Source: Octopus bimaculoides
Lineage: Eukaryota
Assembly: GCF_001194135.2 (NCBI RefSeq)
Contig: NC_068983.1
Location: 2,174,184-2,233,727, forward strand
Direction of reading: 5' to 3'
Length of the DNA stretch: 59,544 bases
This document shows, piece after piece, positions 48,921 through 59,544 of this stretch (position 1 is the stretch's first letter; every line of letters starts with the position of its first letter). The notes beneath the pieces are model-generated. The model searched no databases. It worked only from the letters and a program-made list of their open reading frames with translations, and was not told the DNA's origin. A program made the position numbers and the translations under genes.

Positions 48921-50085
48921 ATGTTCCAGCATTTGTGATGTTGTGTTTAATATGGTGAGGATGGGTGATAATCGATGGTTATCCTTAGCGATAGTGTGAC
49001 CTTGTTTTCGGTTTGACATTGAGGGCTCTAGCGTACAATACCATGTGTGCGTGAGTTACGAATTGTTTTCGTTATTCTATAGTGATATATCCTTCGTTCT
49101 GGCAATGATGACAAGACACCCATGACCTCGAAGCACCTGAGACAATACGGACCGACTTTGCTAACATATAAGAATTGATTACAGACATCTAACCACACTT
49201 AAATGTCTAGGCTACTGACATTGCACACAGATGAAATATGAATGGTGAGCACTTGACTACCACACGACATACGGCATCTTATTTATTTATTTTCTTATGA
49301 TGCTCATTTACACCGTGTAATATTTCGTTAAATTCAACTAAACGACGAGTTTCTATGGTTCCTGGCAAATTACATATAATGTTATATTTTTTTTATTATG
49401 TAGACAATAAAACTTTCTGGTTTCATTTTGAGTAAACTGCTGAAATAAGATCCAAGAGACACCTCTTCTGAATATCATTGTAATTGAAAACGACGTCTCA
49501 AAGAGAACCATCACGCTCTCTTTTCTACTAAACTTCTTGAATATTCTGAAATTTTTTGAAGTGTTTGTCAGTTTGAACTTGACAAGATTAGCAATGTCAG
49601 TCATTATCTTTCTGCATTAATTCGTCTCTATGGCAAGCTTATCACATCTTTTATGCTGAGTCGATTAATCATTGGTAGAGCATTTTCTTTTCCATACTTC
49701 TTTCTCAATGTCTCTAGATCCACTATCTCAAATATCTCCGATAACACCTGCTTAGAGGTCAATTCATGACAGGTCATATTATTTTCAAGCATAATCTAAT
49801 GACAAAGAAATATTCATATATTTATTTATTTATTTATTACTGTAGGGCTATTCTGTAAATCTTAATCAGAGTGGGCGGTAGTGAACCGGAATAAAATCCT
49901 TCAAACTCTTCGTTTGCATCCTTCTCAGTTCAAATTTTGCTGAGACAAATAATTTCTCATTCAATATTAGTATATTGTACAATAAGTGTCGTCAAACCTC
50001 TACCATCTCCAGAGACCCATGGCGTTGAGATAATTGAAAACACATTTATGAGTTGGATTCGTATCATCTTTAGCATATTGAACAT

Positions 50086-50375
50086 GAAGGTGCGTGGCTT
50101 ACTGGTTAAAGCATACGTGAGTTCGATTCCCGGTAGTGCGTTTTGTCCTTGAGCAAGATTCTTTATTTCACGTTACTCCATTCCACTCAGCCGGAAAAAA
50201 TGAGTAGTGCATGTTCATCAAAGGGCCATCTTTGTCACATTCTGTGTTACGCTGAGGCTTCCTAAGAACTACATTAACGGTACGAGTATCTGTGGAGTGC
50301 TCAGCCACTTGCACGTTAATTTCATGAGCACGGATTATTTGGAACCCTTGTCGTCTTAACCGATGGAGTTCCACT
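50086..50375 (+). mobile_element. SINE family C
   Basis: GGTGCGTGGCTTACTGGTT..GAGTTCGATTCCCGG..TCCTTGAGCAAG..TTGTCACATTCTGTG..AAGAACTACATTAA..CTGTGGAGTGCTCAGCCACTTG; matches 5701-6012 and 30202-30430. Confidence 0.85.
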
Positions 50376-50703
50376 GTGTTGAGAAAAATTCATTCAGTTC
50401 AATGGGTCAACTGTAGCATTTCTGCGTGTGAACGAAAATAATTTTTTCTACACATTTGAAAATAATTATGCATTTTCAGAAATAGTTTTATATTTACATT
50501 AAAGTTATCCACCAGCTTTGTGCAGAAGACGCTTTAGGAAAACATCGATATAATGAAACAAGAATCTGGCTTCGGTGGAGTTTCAGATTAGGATGTAAAG
50601 AGCCAAAACCAATACCACCAACTATTTTACCGAAGCTCTGATAGTCCTAGCAATCCACAGCCCTAATAATAATAATAATAATAATAATAATGATAATAAT
50701 AAT

Positions 50704-51116
50704 AATTTCTATTTCAAGATTTTTATATTTGCTCAGTTTTTGGTAAGTCTTGACAGATACGTTTATTCCCAATCGATATAAACGTATCTGTCAAGACCTA
50801 CCAAAAACTGAGCAAATATAAAGATCTTGAAATAGAAATTAGCAAAATGTGAAATCTGAAGACAAAAACAATACCTATTGTCATAGGTGTTCTGGGAATG
50901 ACAGCGAAACGGGCTGATTACTACCTAGCTCAGATACCAGGAAACCCCAAAATGGCTGAAGTTCAAAAGATAGTGCTCATGGGAACTGCCCATATCCTAC
51001 GTAAAATACTGTCTATGTGATCTCAAATTTTAAAACAAACACATAATTTTCTTATGGTTTCTTAAACATCCTCTAGAACAACACTGTACAAATTCAAAAC
51101 AAAAGTCAAACATAAA
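50704..51116 (+). mobile_element. 5'-truncated Dong/R4-type element with a snap-back inverted duplication at its 5' junction
   Basis: 50767 onward encodes PIDINVSVKTYQKLSKYKDLEIEISKM*NLKTKTIPIVIGVLG..KIVLMGTAHILRKILSM*. 50704-50766 is the reverse complement of 50778-50840 (61/63). TAA repeats on both flanks. Confidence 0.9.
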
Positions 51117-51132
51117 ATAATAATAATAATAA

Positions 51133-51232
51133 TAAACAATAAGGGCATCACAGCAAAACACAGCACATACCCAAGGCACACAGAGCTGCGCTCGGTAGTA
51201 AAGCGAAAGCACGCTGTAAAAATAAAACTACT
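51133..51232 (+). mobile_element. 3'-UTR-only copy of the Dong-type element at 28064-28761
   Basis: Matches 28662-28761 (CACAGCACATACCCAAGGC.CACAGAGCTGCGCTCGGTAGT.AAG.GAAAGCACG..AAATAAAACTACT), flanked by TAA arrays. Confidence 0.9.
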
Positions 51233-51233
51233 A

Positions 51234-51290
<57 letters not shown>

Positions 51291-51349
51291 TGCAACAACA
51301 ACAACAAGAGCACTCAGAGAGCGCAAACATCCACCAAGGCAGCACTAAC

Positions 51350-53050
51350 TTCTTTATTTCTTTAATTAGGCACAAGGCCTCAAAAGAGAAGGGACAACAC
51401 AAAAGACAGACAAAACAACACATAAAAACATATAATGAATGAATTTATGAATATAAATGAAAATGAGAATGAAATTGCTTTCCTACTCCGCAAAGCAGGT
51501 AGTTCCATTTTACTGTTTTTAAATAAAGCATGTACCTATCGGTTTGGTATCTTATTGGTTTTCTTTTTGTTCATAAATCCACACCATGTCACACCATATG
51601 TTTCATCAAATCGTCAAATATTAACACTGGTGTCAATTCATCGCAACGAAATCGAATTCCTGGTATCACTATCCTGTCACCAAAGATTTCCTGCAACCTT
51701 CTTGATCATTCTTCCTCCAGCAACATCGCTTTCTCGTCTCGACTGTACTCACTGTCAGCCACTTTAAGCCTTATTACAAGTTTCGTTTTCTATCTCTAAT
51801 CCTGTTTTGTACCAAATCATTGTTCTTTCCTATTTCCCCTTCGGTGGCTCTCTCTGCTGTTCCTCACCACTCTCTACCTCTGTTTCTGGTATTCCCGTCT
51901 CTGTTTGTCCTTCCTTCTCACATTCATGTCTCTTCCCTCTTCCATCCTCCCTCTTCCTTTCTAGTTGAAGCAACGGTCTTTGTGTTCGTTCCTCACTTGG
52001 CTTCTCATTCCTTCTTTTCTCGTTCTTCTTCTCCTCTGCCTTTCTTTTCTTCTTCGGGCTTTTAAGTGGAGATGCCACATTTCTCCTCTTCCTTTCTACC
52101 ACTCTATATTTTCTCACCATTTCCTCCTCCGCTGTTGCGCCCTCTTCTTCCTGACGCTCCTTCTCCCCCCCCCCTGTTCGTGTTTCTGGGAACACTTTGC
52201 TTTCATGTGTCCCCTTACTCCACATAAATAACATACCAGAGGTCTCCCTTTCACCACGATTCTTAATCTTGTCTCATCTGCTAGCACCAGCTCTTCCGCA
52301 ATTTTGTGGAGGTCCGGCAGGCTGATATGGACCGACACCTCCAGTCCATACCCCCAACAGTTCACCTCCGTCGTTCTCGATATCTTCAATACCTGAGAGT
52401 TTTCCTCCGTGTTATAGAGGATGCCTGCCACCAGCCACGCCTCATCAATTTCTCGGGGCACTCTACCTATTCTTACCCTGACCGCACGTTTGCCACAGTA
52501 AGTAGGTAGCAGTGCCCATTCGGTTAATCTCAAAGGCACAGTGGAATTTTTCCTCGCTTCTTCTTCGCTAACGAACCGTTACTCCACTGTGCCGTATTTC
52601 TTTCCTCTCGTGTAATATGTCGTTATATTTTTTTTATCTCTCGTACACATTCCTACTTCAACTTTTTCGTTGTCACATTCATCGTTCTATAAGTAATTGT
52701 CGTTTTTACAGTTTTTTCAAGTATTGTTTTAGGGGGCGTCAATCTCAGGCTTTGCCCTCCTTCTCCAGCAAGACGTTATATCTTTTAAAATTCTTCTACT
52801 GTAATTCGATTTCATGGAACTACAGTACCTCTACTGACAGGCCTTTGCCAGTCACTGCAGCGTAACTCCTCGCTGGTTTACTTTTCATGACAGTATTATT
52901 CATAACTTTACCCATAAATTTACCCACAATTCCAGTTAATAACAGTTCAACAATTCAGTAAATTAACAATGGAATACAACAAAACTCACGTGAAGCGAAC
53001 ACACTTCTCACACAGCTCGGAATCAAATGATTGGAAAAACAACAGTAACG
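51350..53050 (-). mobile_element. L1/Tx1-type ORF1-only retroelement (HAL1-like) with A-rich tail and decayed candidate TSD
   Basis: A frameshifted ORF from ATG 52903 reads MNNTVMKSKPARSYAAV..KYGTVE..VRVRIGRVP..LRIVVKGRPLVCYLCGVRGHMKAKC (CCHC knuckle), followed by an E/K-rich tail. No EN or RT motifs were seen. It ends in ..GGCCTTGTGCCTAATTAAAGAAATAAAGAA. Flanks GCAGCACTAAC (51339-51349) and ACAACGCCAAC (53051-53061). Confidence 0.7.
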
Positions 53051-53108
53051 ACAACGCCAACGTCCTCTCAACGATTAGCCGGAGGTGGTTTTTAAAATGA
53101 GAATATCT

Positions 53109-53389
53109 AAAAGGGGCTGATTCCTACCTAACTGAGATACGAGGAAACCCCAAAATGGCAGAAATTCAAAAGAACTGCCCGTCTCCTACGTAAAATACTG
53201 TCTATGTAATCTCGAATTTTAAAACATGCTTATAACTTTCTTGTTTTCTTAAACATTCTCTAGAATAATACAATGTGCAAAACCAAATATATGACACTAA
53301 GCATAACACCAACATGAACTTGTTGTCTCTTGAGGTCTGTGGGTGAGATTCGGAGCCAACTTGTGCAAATACAAAGCAAAGGTCAAGCA

Positions 53390-53390
<1 letters not shown>
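53109..53390 (+). mobile_element. Dong/R4-type 3' end (same subfamily as 50767-51116)
   Basis: KGADSYLTEIRGNPKMAEIQK..LRKILSM* plus 3' UTR ending GGTCAAGCAA-(TAA)n. Confidence 0.85.
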
Positions 53391-53485
<95 letters not shown>

Positions 53486-53492
53486 AATGATA
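53390..53492. repeat. (AAT)n-(GAT)n compound microsatellite
   Basis: Directly visible. Confidence 0.97.
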
Positions 53493-53854
53493 ATACTTTA
53501 CCAGCCTCATGACACTGATGAATGTACGTTGGTGAAATTGAGAGGAAAAGCTCAAAGCTGGTGGATTGAGAGATTTACAGCGTGGAAAACTGTGAAATCA
53601 ACAATAAACAACAGTAATGATACGTTAATAAGGATGCAATAATAAAGAAAACTAATTGAACATAACAAAGACAAGAGAAATTAGTTGGAGGGACAACGCT
53701 ATACAGAAGTTCGGAGCAACATGAATTAAACACACACGCACACACTCATATACACACACACAAACATTCACACACACACTCACACAGACACTCGCGCGCG
53801 CATACACACAAACACACACACACACACACACACACTCACACACATATATATATA

Positions 53855-53980
53855 CGACGGGCTTCTTTCAGTTTCCGTCTACCAAACCCACTCGCAAGGA
53901 TTTGGTCGGTCCGGATCTATAGTAGGACGGAGCTTGAAACTATGTGGCTGGGAAACAAAATTCTTACCACACGGCCCCTC
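53855..53980 (-). mobile_element. SINE family B head, internally deleted
   Basis: CGACGGGCTTCTTTCAGTTTCCGTCTACCAAA..CTATAGTAG..TTCTTACCACAC. Confidence 0.8.
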
Positions 53981-54894
53981 AACTACATCTACCCTATAGC
54001 TGAAGGAGGAAGCTGATAAGACAACAGTTGCAAACATGTTTGGCTCACAACAGTAAATTTCCAAAAGCTGACCCTCGAATACCAGTGCTTAACAATCGAA
54101 CAGTTGCACATCACATGTACAAGTTCGTCTACTCAAATTTATTTTTCGCCGCATTCGGCATCGTCTCTCTGCAGCCGTGGTAGATCCTCGGCAGATGTGC
54201 TGGTTCCAGTAGCAATAAAGTTTTAAATAATGGTGACGGTGGCGTTCATTTTAATGGTGCATGTGGTCTACTTGGAAAGTGACAGCTCAATGTTTGACAG
54301 AAAGGGTTATTATAACGGCCATCATTCCAAAGTATGCTTCCAATCCGAATTCTAATTAAAACAGAATGGATGCATGTCAAGTCTCTGCAAAGTGAAATGA
54401 ACATGTCATCAAGTAAGTTTGTGCTGTACAGTGTCTTTCAGATGTTATTGGACAGGCAAGCAAACGGGATAGCAGGAAGCTTTCTGATAAAGAAACTTGT
54501 AAATGTCTGATAATATATAATTATCATCCTAGGAAGAGAGGGCAAGGATGAGATGTAGAAGAGAGTGAGTGGGAGAGAGGGAATATAATAGAAAGTACAA
54601 TATTATTGAAAAGGTATTTCAGAAGATCGATACATATTCTCAAATATTAGATCGAACATATATATTGAAGGCGTGAAAGTGTGGATATTTAACACATAAC
54701 GAATTGTTTTCCTGTTTATACATTTTATTTACATCTTTTATTGTTACTACATATCCTTCATTTCGAAATTGCTAGGTAGACTTGTAAAGGATAATACAAC
54801 TTACGAGAAATAGTAACCTAATTTTACACGGGATTACACGGTACATAATTTGGTCCTTGGTTTCCTACACTTCAAACGTTTTCATTCACTAGTC

Positions 54895-55039
54895 GCAGGT
54901 GTGGCTGCGGCGTAAGAAGTTTCCTTACCAACCATATGGTTCCGGGTTCAGTCCCAACTTGGGCAAGTGTCCACTACTATAGCTTTGAGTAGACCTAAAC
55001 CTTATGAGTGGATTTGGCAGACGGAAACTGAAAGGTTGT

Positions 55040-55045
<6 letters not shown>
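54895..55045 (+). mobile_element. SINE family B head running into microsatellite and gap
   Basis: GCAGGTGTGGCTG..TAAGAAG..ACCAACCATATGGTTCCGGGTTCAGTCCC..CTTGGGCAAGTG..GACGGAAACTGAAAG. Confidence 0.85.
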
Positions 55046-55077
<32 letters not shown>

Positions 55078-55114
55078 CACACACACACACACATATATGT
55101 ATATGTATATATAT

Positions 55115-55812
55115 NNNNNNNNNNNNNNNNNNNNNNNNNNNNNNNNNNNNNNNNNNNNNNNNNNNNNNNNNNNNNNNNNNNNNNNNNNNNNNNNNNNNNN
55201 NNNNNNNNNNNNNNNNNNNNNNNNNNNNNNNNNNNNNNNNNNNNNNNNNNNNNNNNNNNNNNNNNNNNNNNNNNNNNNNNNNNNNNNNNNNNNNNNNNNN
55301 NNNNNNNNNNNNNNNNNNNNNNNNNNNNNNNNNNNNNNNNNNNNNNNNNNNNNNNNNNNNNNNNNNNNNNNNNNNNNNNNNNNNNNNNNNNNNNNNNNNN
55401 NNNNNNNNNNNNNNNNNNNNNNNNNNNNNNNNNNNNNNNNNNNNNNNNNNNNNNNNNNNNNNNNNNNNNNNNNNNNNNNNNNNNNNNNNNNNNNNNNNNN
55501 NNNNNNNNNNNNNNNNNNNNNNNNNNNNNNNNNNNNNNNNNNNNNNNNNNNNNNNNNNNNNNNNNNNNNNNNNNNNNNNNNNNNNNNNNNNNNNNNNNNN
55601 NNNNNNNNNNNNNNNNNNNNNNNNNNNNNNNNNNNNNNNNNNNNNNNNNNNNNNNNNNNNNNNNNNNNNNNNNNNNNNNNNNNNNNNNNNNNNNNNNNNN
55701 NNNNNNNNNNNNNNNNNNNNNNNNNNNNNNNNNNNNNNNNNNNNNNNNNNNNNNNNNNNNNNNNNNNNNNNNNNNNNNNNNNNNNNNNNNNNNNNNNNNN
55801 NNNNNNNNNNNN
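55115..55812. other. Assembly gap (N)
   Basis: N run. Confidence 1.
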
Positions 55813-55869
<57 letters not shown>

Positions 55870-56776
55870 TGCATGTATGGATATATATATAAATTGTTCC
55901 TACCGTCTAAATATAATTTGGGTTTTTCTTCTCCTTTCAAGTTCTATATAAATCAAAGAATTGAAAGAAAATATATTGTAGGATGGCTGACATGGAAATT
56001 TAACAAGACCAAGATAAAGGAGAGGAACCTAAGAGATGATTCAAAGTAAATATTTAAGAAACACAAAAGTATTAAACAAACGAGAGTAGATCGGAACAAG
56101 CGTTTAAGGATGGATGTAAAACATGAAGGCAGAGAGGTGGATGGTAAAAATTATGGTAAATTTGCAGCCTTTAGAATTATTGCGCAATCGGTTTCCAATA
56201 TTGAGAACAATTTTTTTTTTTGCTTACTTCTTTTCTTTTTTTTTGCTTAGATATCTCTTCAAAAACACAACGAAAGAACCCGTCGCACATTCTGCATTTC
56301 ATGCAAGACTGTAAGTTATTGGGATAATGCAAAATATTGAGTGATATTGTATTTCAAAAAAGCATTAGTGGAAATGTCTAAAATATATATTTACATAATT
56401 ACATAATCTTTTCTACTTTTACTTGATTCAGTTGTTCTGCGTCTGTGCTGCGACACCGCCTTCGGAGCATTTTATTTCTATTATAGTCAATATATCGACC
56501 CCACTGATGGTATTTACTTTTACATCGTGCTCCGAATGTCGAAGTTATTGGCTCACACCCATGGACAGAGCCGCCTTAATTTATGCAGTAAAATCATACT
56601 TACATATACTCAAATACACACACACACACATGGCTGCGTGATGACACGCCCGCTCTGCAACCAATAGTTTCAGTCCTATTGCATGGTACGTTGCCCAAGT
56701 GTGACATCTAAAATAGGATTCAGCCGAACAGTGCAGGTTAAATACATTTGTTAGATCGAAACTGCGTGGAAGTCAG

Positions 56777-56824
<48 letters not shown>

Positions 56825-56851
56825 AATTGCGCAAAATCCTCGGAGGTTTAT

Positions 56852-57042
56852 TTGAAAAAGAAAAGAATAATTTCACTGGTAGTTCTAATCAATTTAATTT
56901 TCTAATAATATAAAATTTTGCAGTTTGTCTTGTAGCTCTTTTGCTTTTTAGGTCTATTAGCCAAACTGTAAAATTATATTATATTATTAGAAAATCAAAT
57001 TGATTAGAACTACCAGTGAAGTCATTCTTTTCCGTTTTCGAA
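56852..57042. repeat. Long inverted repeat (about 76-81 bp arms, 34-bp spacer), fold-back/MITE-like
   Basis: TTCACTGGTAGTTCTAATCAATTT.ATTTTCTAATAATATA..ATTTT.CAGTTTG at 56872-56927 is mirrored at 56962-57020 and extends imperfectly to 56852 and 57042. Confidence 0.85.
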
Positions 57043-57045
57043 TAC

Positions 57046-57144
57046 TAGGTGACTATTTCGAAGGGGATGATGTTAGAATTTAGGTAAATAATTTATATTA
57101 TATTAAACATAACTTGTCCGGGAACCTTTTGATACAACCTCGTA
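57046..57144 (+). mobile_element. Mariner 3' terminal remnant
   Basis: GDYFEGD-like codons, then TIR GTCCGGGAACCTTTTGATACAACCTCG-TA. Confidence 0.65.
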
Positions 57145-57220
57145 TATATGCATGCATATATGTATGTATGTATGTATGTATGTTTGTATGTATGTATGTA
57201 TGTATGTATATACGTACTTA

Positions 57221-58270
57221 TATTGCGTCATCCCATAAATAACGTAGGTTTTTGAAATGAATGCACTAAAGGTCGGAGAGGGATGGAATAAACTACCTGC
57301 ATCAACTTGCTATAAAAGCAGGTAGTAATTTTGTTTGTCCTTATCTTTAGTGCACGTTTTGTAGAGTGCAGTTCGATTTTAACAGTTATTTTTTCATAGC
57401 TATAATGGAAGTGACAGAGGAGCATATTCGGCATATTTTTCTTTACGTGTCCAATAAAGGCTACAACGCAACGGATAGTGTGAGGAATATTAATATCATG
57501 GGGATCGGACAATAAGCGTAAGCCAGTGTCAACGGTGGTTTCAGGAATTCCAAGCCAGAAACTACAGCCTAGAAGACAATCCTTGTCTTGAAAGATCTGT
57601 AGAGGTCGAAGAGGACGTCCTGCAAACTCTGGTGGAACAAAATCCCATTGTAACTGTTGAAGAACTAGCAGAGAAGCTTGGATTTGGTCATTCAGCCATT
57701 CATCGACGCCTGCAAATTGGGTCAATGAGTTCCTCACAAACGTTCCGAGTCTAATTGGGTGTTTGCTCTTCTTTGCTGTCAAATCTCAAGAATGAACCTT
57801 TTCCGGACCGAATTGTGGTTGGTGACCAGAAATGGCGTTCTCTATAAAAATGCCAAACGCTGAAGACAGTGGGGAGGAAAATGTGGAACAGCGGTAGCCC
57901 AGGTTAAAGATGGTCTTCACCCCCGTAATGTATTTTATCTGTTTTGTGGGATATGAAAGTTTTAGTCCACTTTGAATATTTAAACTCAAACCAAACAATA
58001 ACAAAGGAGATCTATTACGAGCAACTTGGGCGGCGTAAGTCAGCGCTAGAAGAAAAACGACCATATTTGGTTTCAAGATGAAAGGTGTTCTTCCATCAGG
58101 ATAATGCTCGGCCACATACAGCGAGGATGGCATTCCAAAGGCTGGAGTAGTTTGAATGGGAAACGATGCCCCACCCACCATATTCGCTGGACATTGTCCC
58201 ATCTGATTACCATTTATTCTGAAGCCTTTAAAATCATTTGGATGGACAAAATATGTTCTTTCTCTGTGAA
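57221..58270 (+). mobile_element. Mariner transposon (DD34D), degenerate, 3' end lost
   Basis: 5' TIR TATTGCGTCATCCCATAAATAA; ATG 57405 MEVTEEHIRHIF..QCQRWFQEF..SLED..GQ*VPHK..RIVVGDQKW..LHPR..FHQDNARPHTA..PHPPYSLDIVPSDYHLF. Confidence 0.92.
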
Positions 58271-58334
58271 ACCGAGTATTTCTAGGTTTTTTTTACAAGT
58301 TTTCTGGTACATAACCTGATACACGTATATGTAC

Positions 58335-58900
58335 AAATTAAAATTCACATTAATTCGCCATAAAATGTTCTCTTTATTCCCGGACTGTTGGTTGTACATT
58401 CACATCTGCTGGACCGTTGACCTCTACAACAGTTCATGACTTTTGTCCCCTGTCGCATGGAACAATATCAAGTTTGATATGTTTGCACCGAATTGATGTT
58501 TATATAGGGGTGTTCCACTAGTATTCCTTATTATTAATGGTGTGAATACCTGCTACTTCTGCCTTTGATGTATACATCAGGGCAGTCTTTCCTACCGATA
58601 GCATTGTAAATAGTCTTTGCCACTATATCATGCCTCAAAGGCAGATAGTATCTCGTAGACATTATAAGGCCGATGCTGGTGTTGTGGGGAATCTTCCACA
58701 CTGGGCTAGCAGAGCCGACATCTTTTATCACAAAGTGGAGACTGCTGGTATTTTAGTCTCTTTTGTTTATCAGGAATTTAGTAGCTATCTCCTGTTCTTG
58801 AATAGCAAAGGCATATCCTTCTAGGTGGGATGTAATATATCCCTCATAGATGCAGGGGAGTCTACTCTTCCTGTCAATGCTTTTGTTGCCCTCTCGGTTA
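58335..58900 (-). mobile_element. RLE-type non-LTR retrotransposon C-terminal fragment (lineage distinct from the TAA-flanked Dong copies)
   Basis: HLEGYAFAIQEQEIATK..CDKRCRLC..VED..H..STRYYLPLRHDIVAKTIYN..Y*WNTPI..CKHIKLDIV..VVEVNGPADVN (CCHC plus RLE). Confidence 0.82.
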
Positions 58901-59499
58901 TGAGACATCTATGTATCTATGTATGTATGTATATATGTATTTATATGTGTATGTATGTATGTAGCGTTGTCGTTACAAAGAGGAAAGAATATCTTCATGC
59001 ATAAACAGGGAATATATATATATATATCACCTTCCTGTATAGCTATACGTTGACACACGTAAGTATCACAGGACTTTGCATTTCTCTCATACAAATTAAA
59101 CTTGACACTATATATTTTCTTTTCATAGGCAAGAAAAGTGACTGTTCTTGATATTTCTTTCAAACTATTTCAGCAGTATCATGTGACAAACATTACTTTC
59201 TCAATCCTCCAGTCAGAGCAAAGACAATAGACAAATAAAATAGAATAATGTCAAACAAAATAACTGTTGTGCGTATAAATAGATTTAAACATTCATCCAG
59301 ACATATATAAAGTGTGTTTGCGTGTGTGCGTATGTATGTGCGTACACACAAGTGCGCGTTTATAAATACACATACACACTCATGCACACACATATACATG
59401 GATGGGCATAAGTCAGTTTACCCATTTGTGTATTATTATCAGAAATGGGTAAAGCGACTTATGACCACCTCTGTATATAAATACACATATATATAAACA

Positions 59500-59506
59500 T
59501 ATATAC

Positions 59507-59544
<38 letters not shown>
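59500..59544. repeat. (TA)n microsatellite at window end
   Basis: Directly visible. Confidence 0.97.

Noticed and set aside
54334-54510. 58-aa ORF with WMH..MLLD..GSFLIK resembling an SH2 start
   Set aside because: The invariant FLVR arginine is missing, spacing is about 15 aa too long and the frame ends immediately.

Overview
This is an AT-rich, microsatellite-dense eukaryotic window with 10 assembly gaps (N runs). It is almost certainly non-coding (intergenic or intronic) DNA. The repeat families look like those I recall from coleoid cephalopods (Octopus); that assignment is inference, not a database match. I find no intact protein-coding gene, rRNA, bona fide tRNA gene or CRISPR array. 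Nearly all long ORFs in the track are artefacts of microsatellites or N runs. The supportable content is transposable-element derived: (1) about nine fragments of R4/Dong-type and related restriction-like-endonuclease (RLE) non-LTR retrotransposons, many abutting TAA or GAT repeats; (2) RTE and CR1-type LINE pieces; (3) a decayed but end-to-end hAT (Buster/SPIN-like) transposon with TIRs and an 8-bp TSD; (4) mariner copies and derivatives; (5) Helitron fragments; (6) three tRNA-headed SINE families, called A, B and C here. The most interesting items are: an ORF1-only (HAL1-like) L1/Tx1-type retroelement at 51350-53050 whose 3' tail matches SINE family A; a 571-bp fold-back mariner made of two 3' ends (20229-20799); a 63-bp snap-back inversion at the 5' junction of a Dong-type insertion (50704-50840); a zero-spacer inverted SINE dimer (29661-29910); and a heavily decayed, intronless ionotropic glutamate receptor / IR-like pseudogene candidate at about 1050-2090. 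All translations and alignments were done by eye and need computational confirmation.
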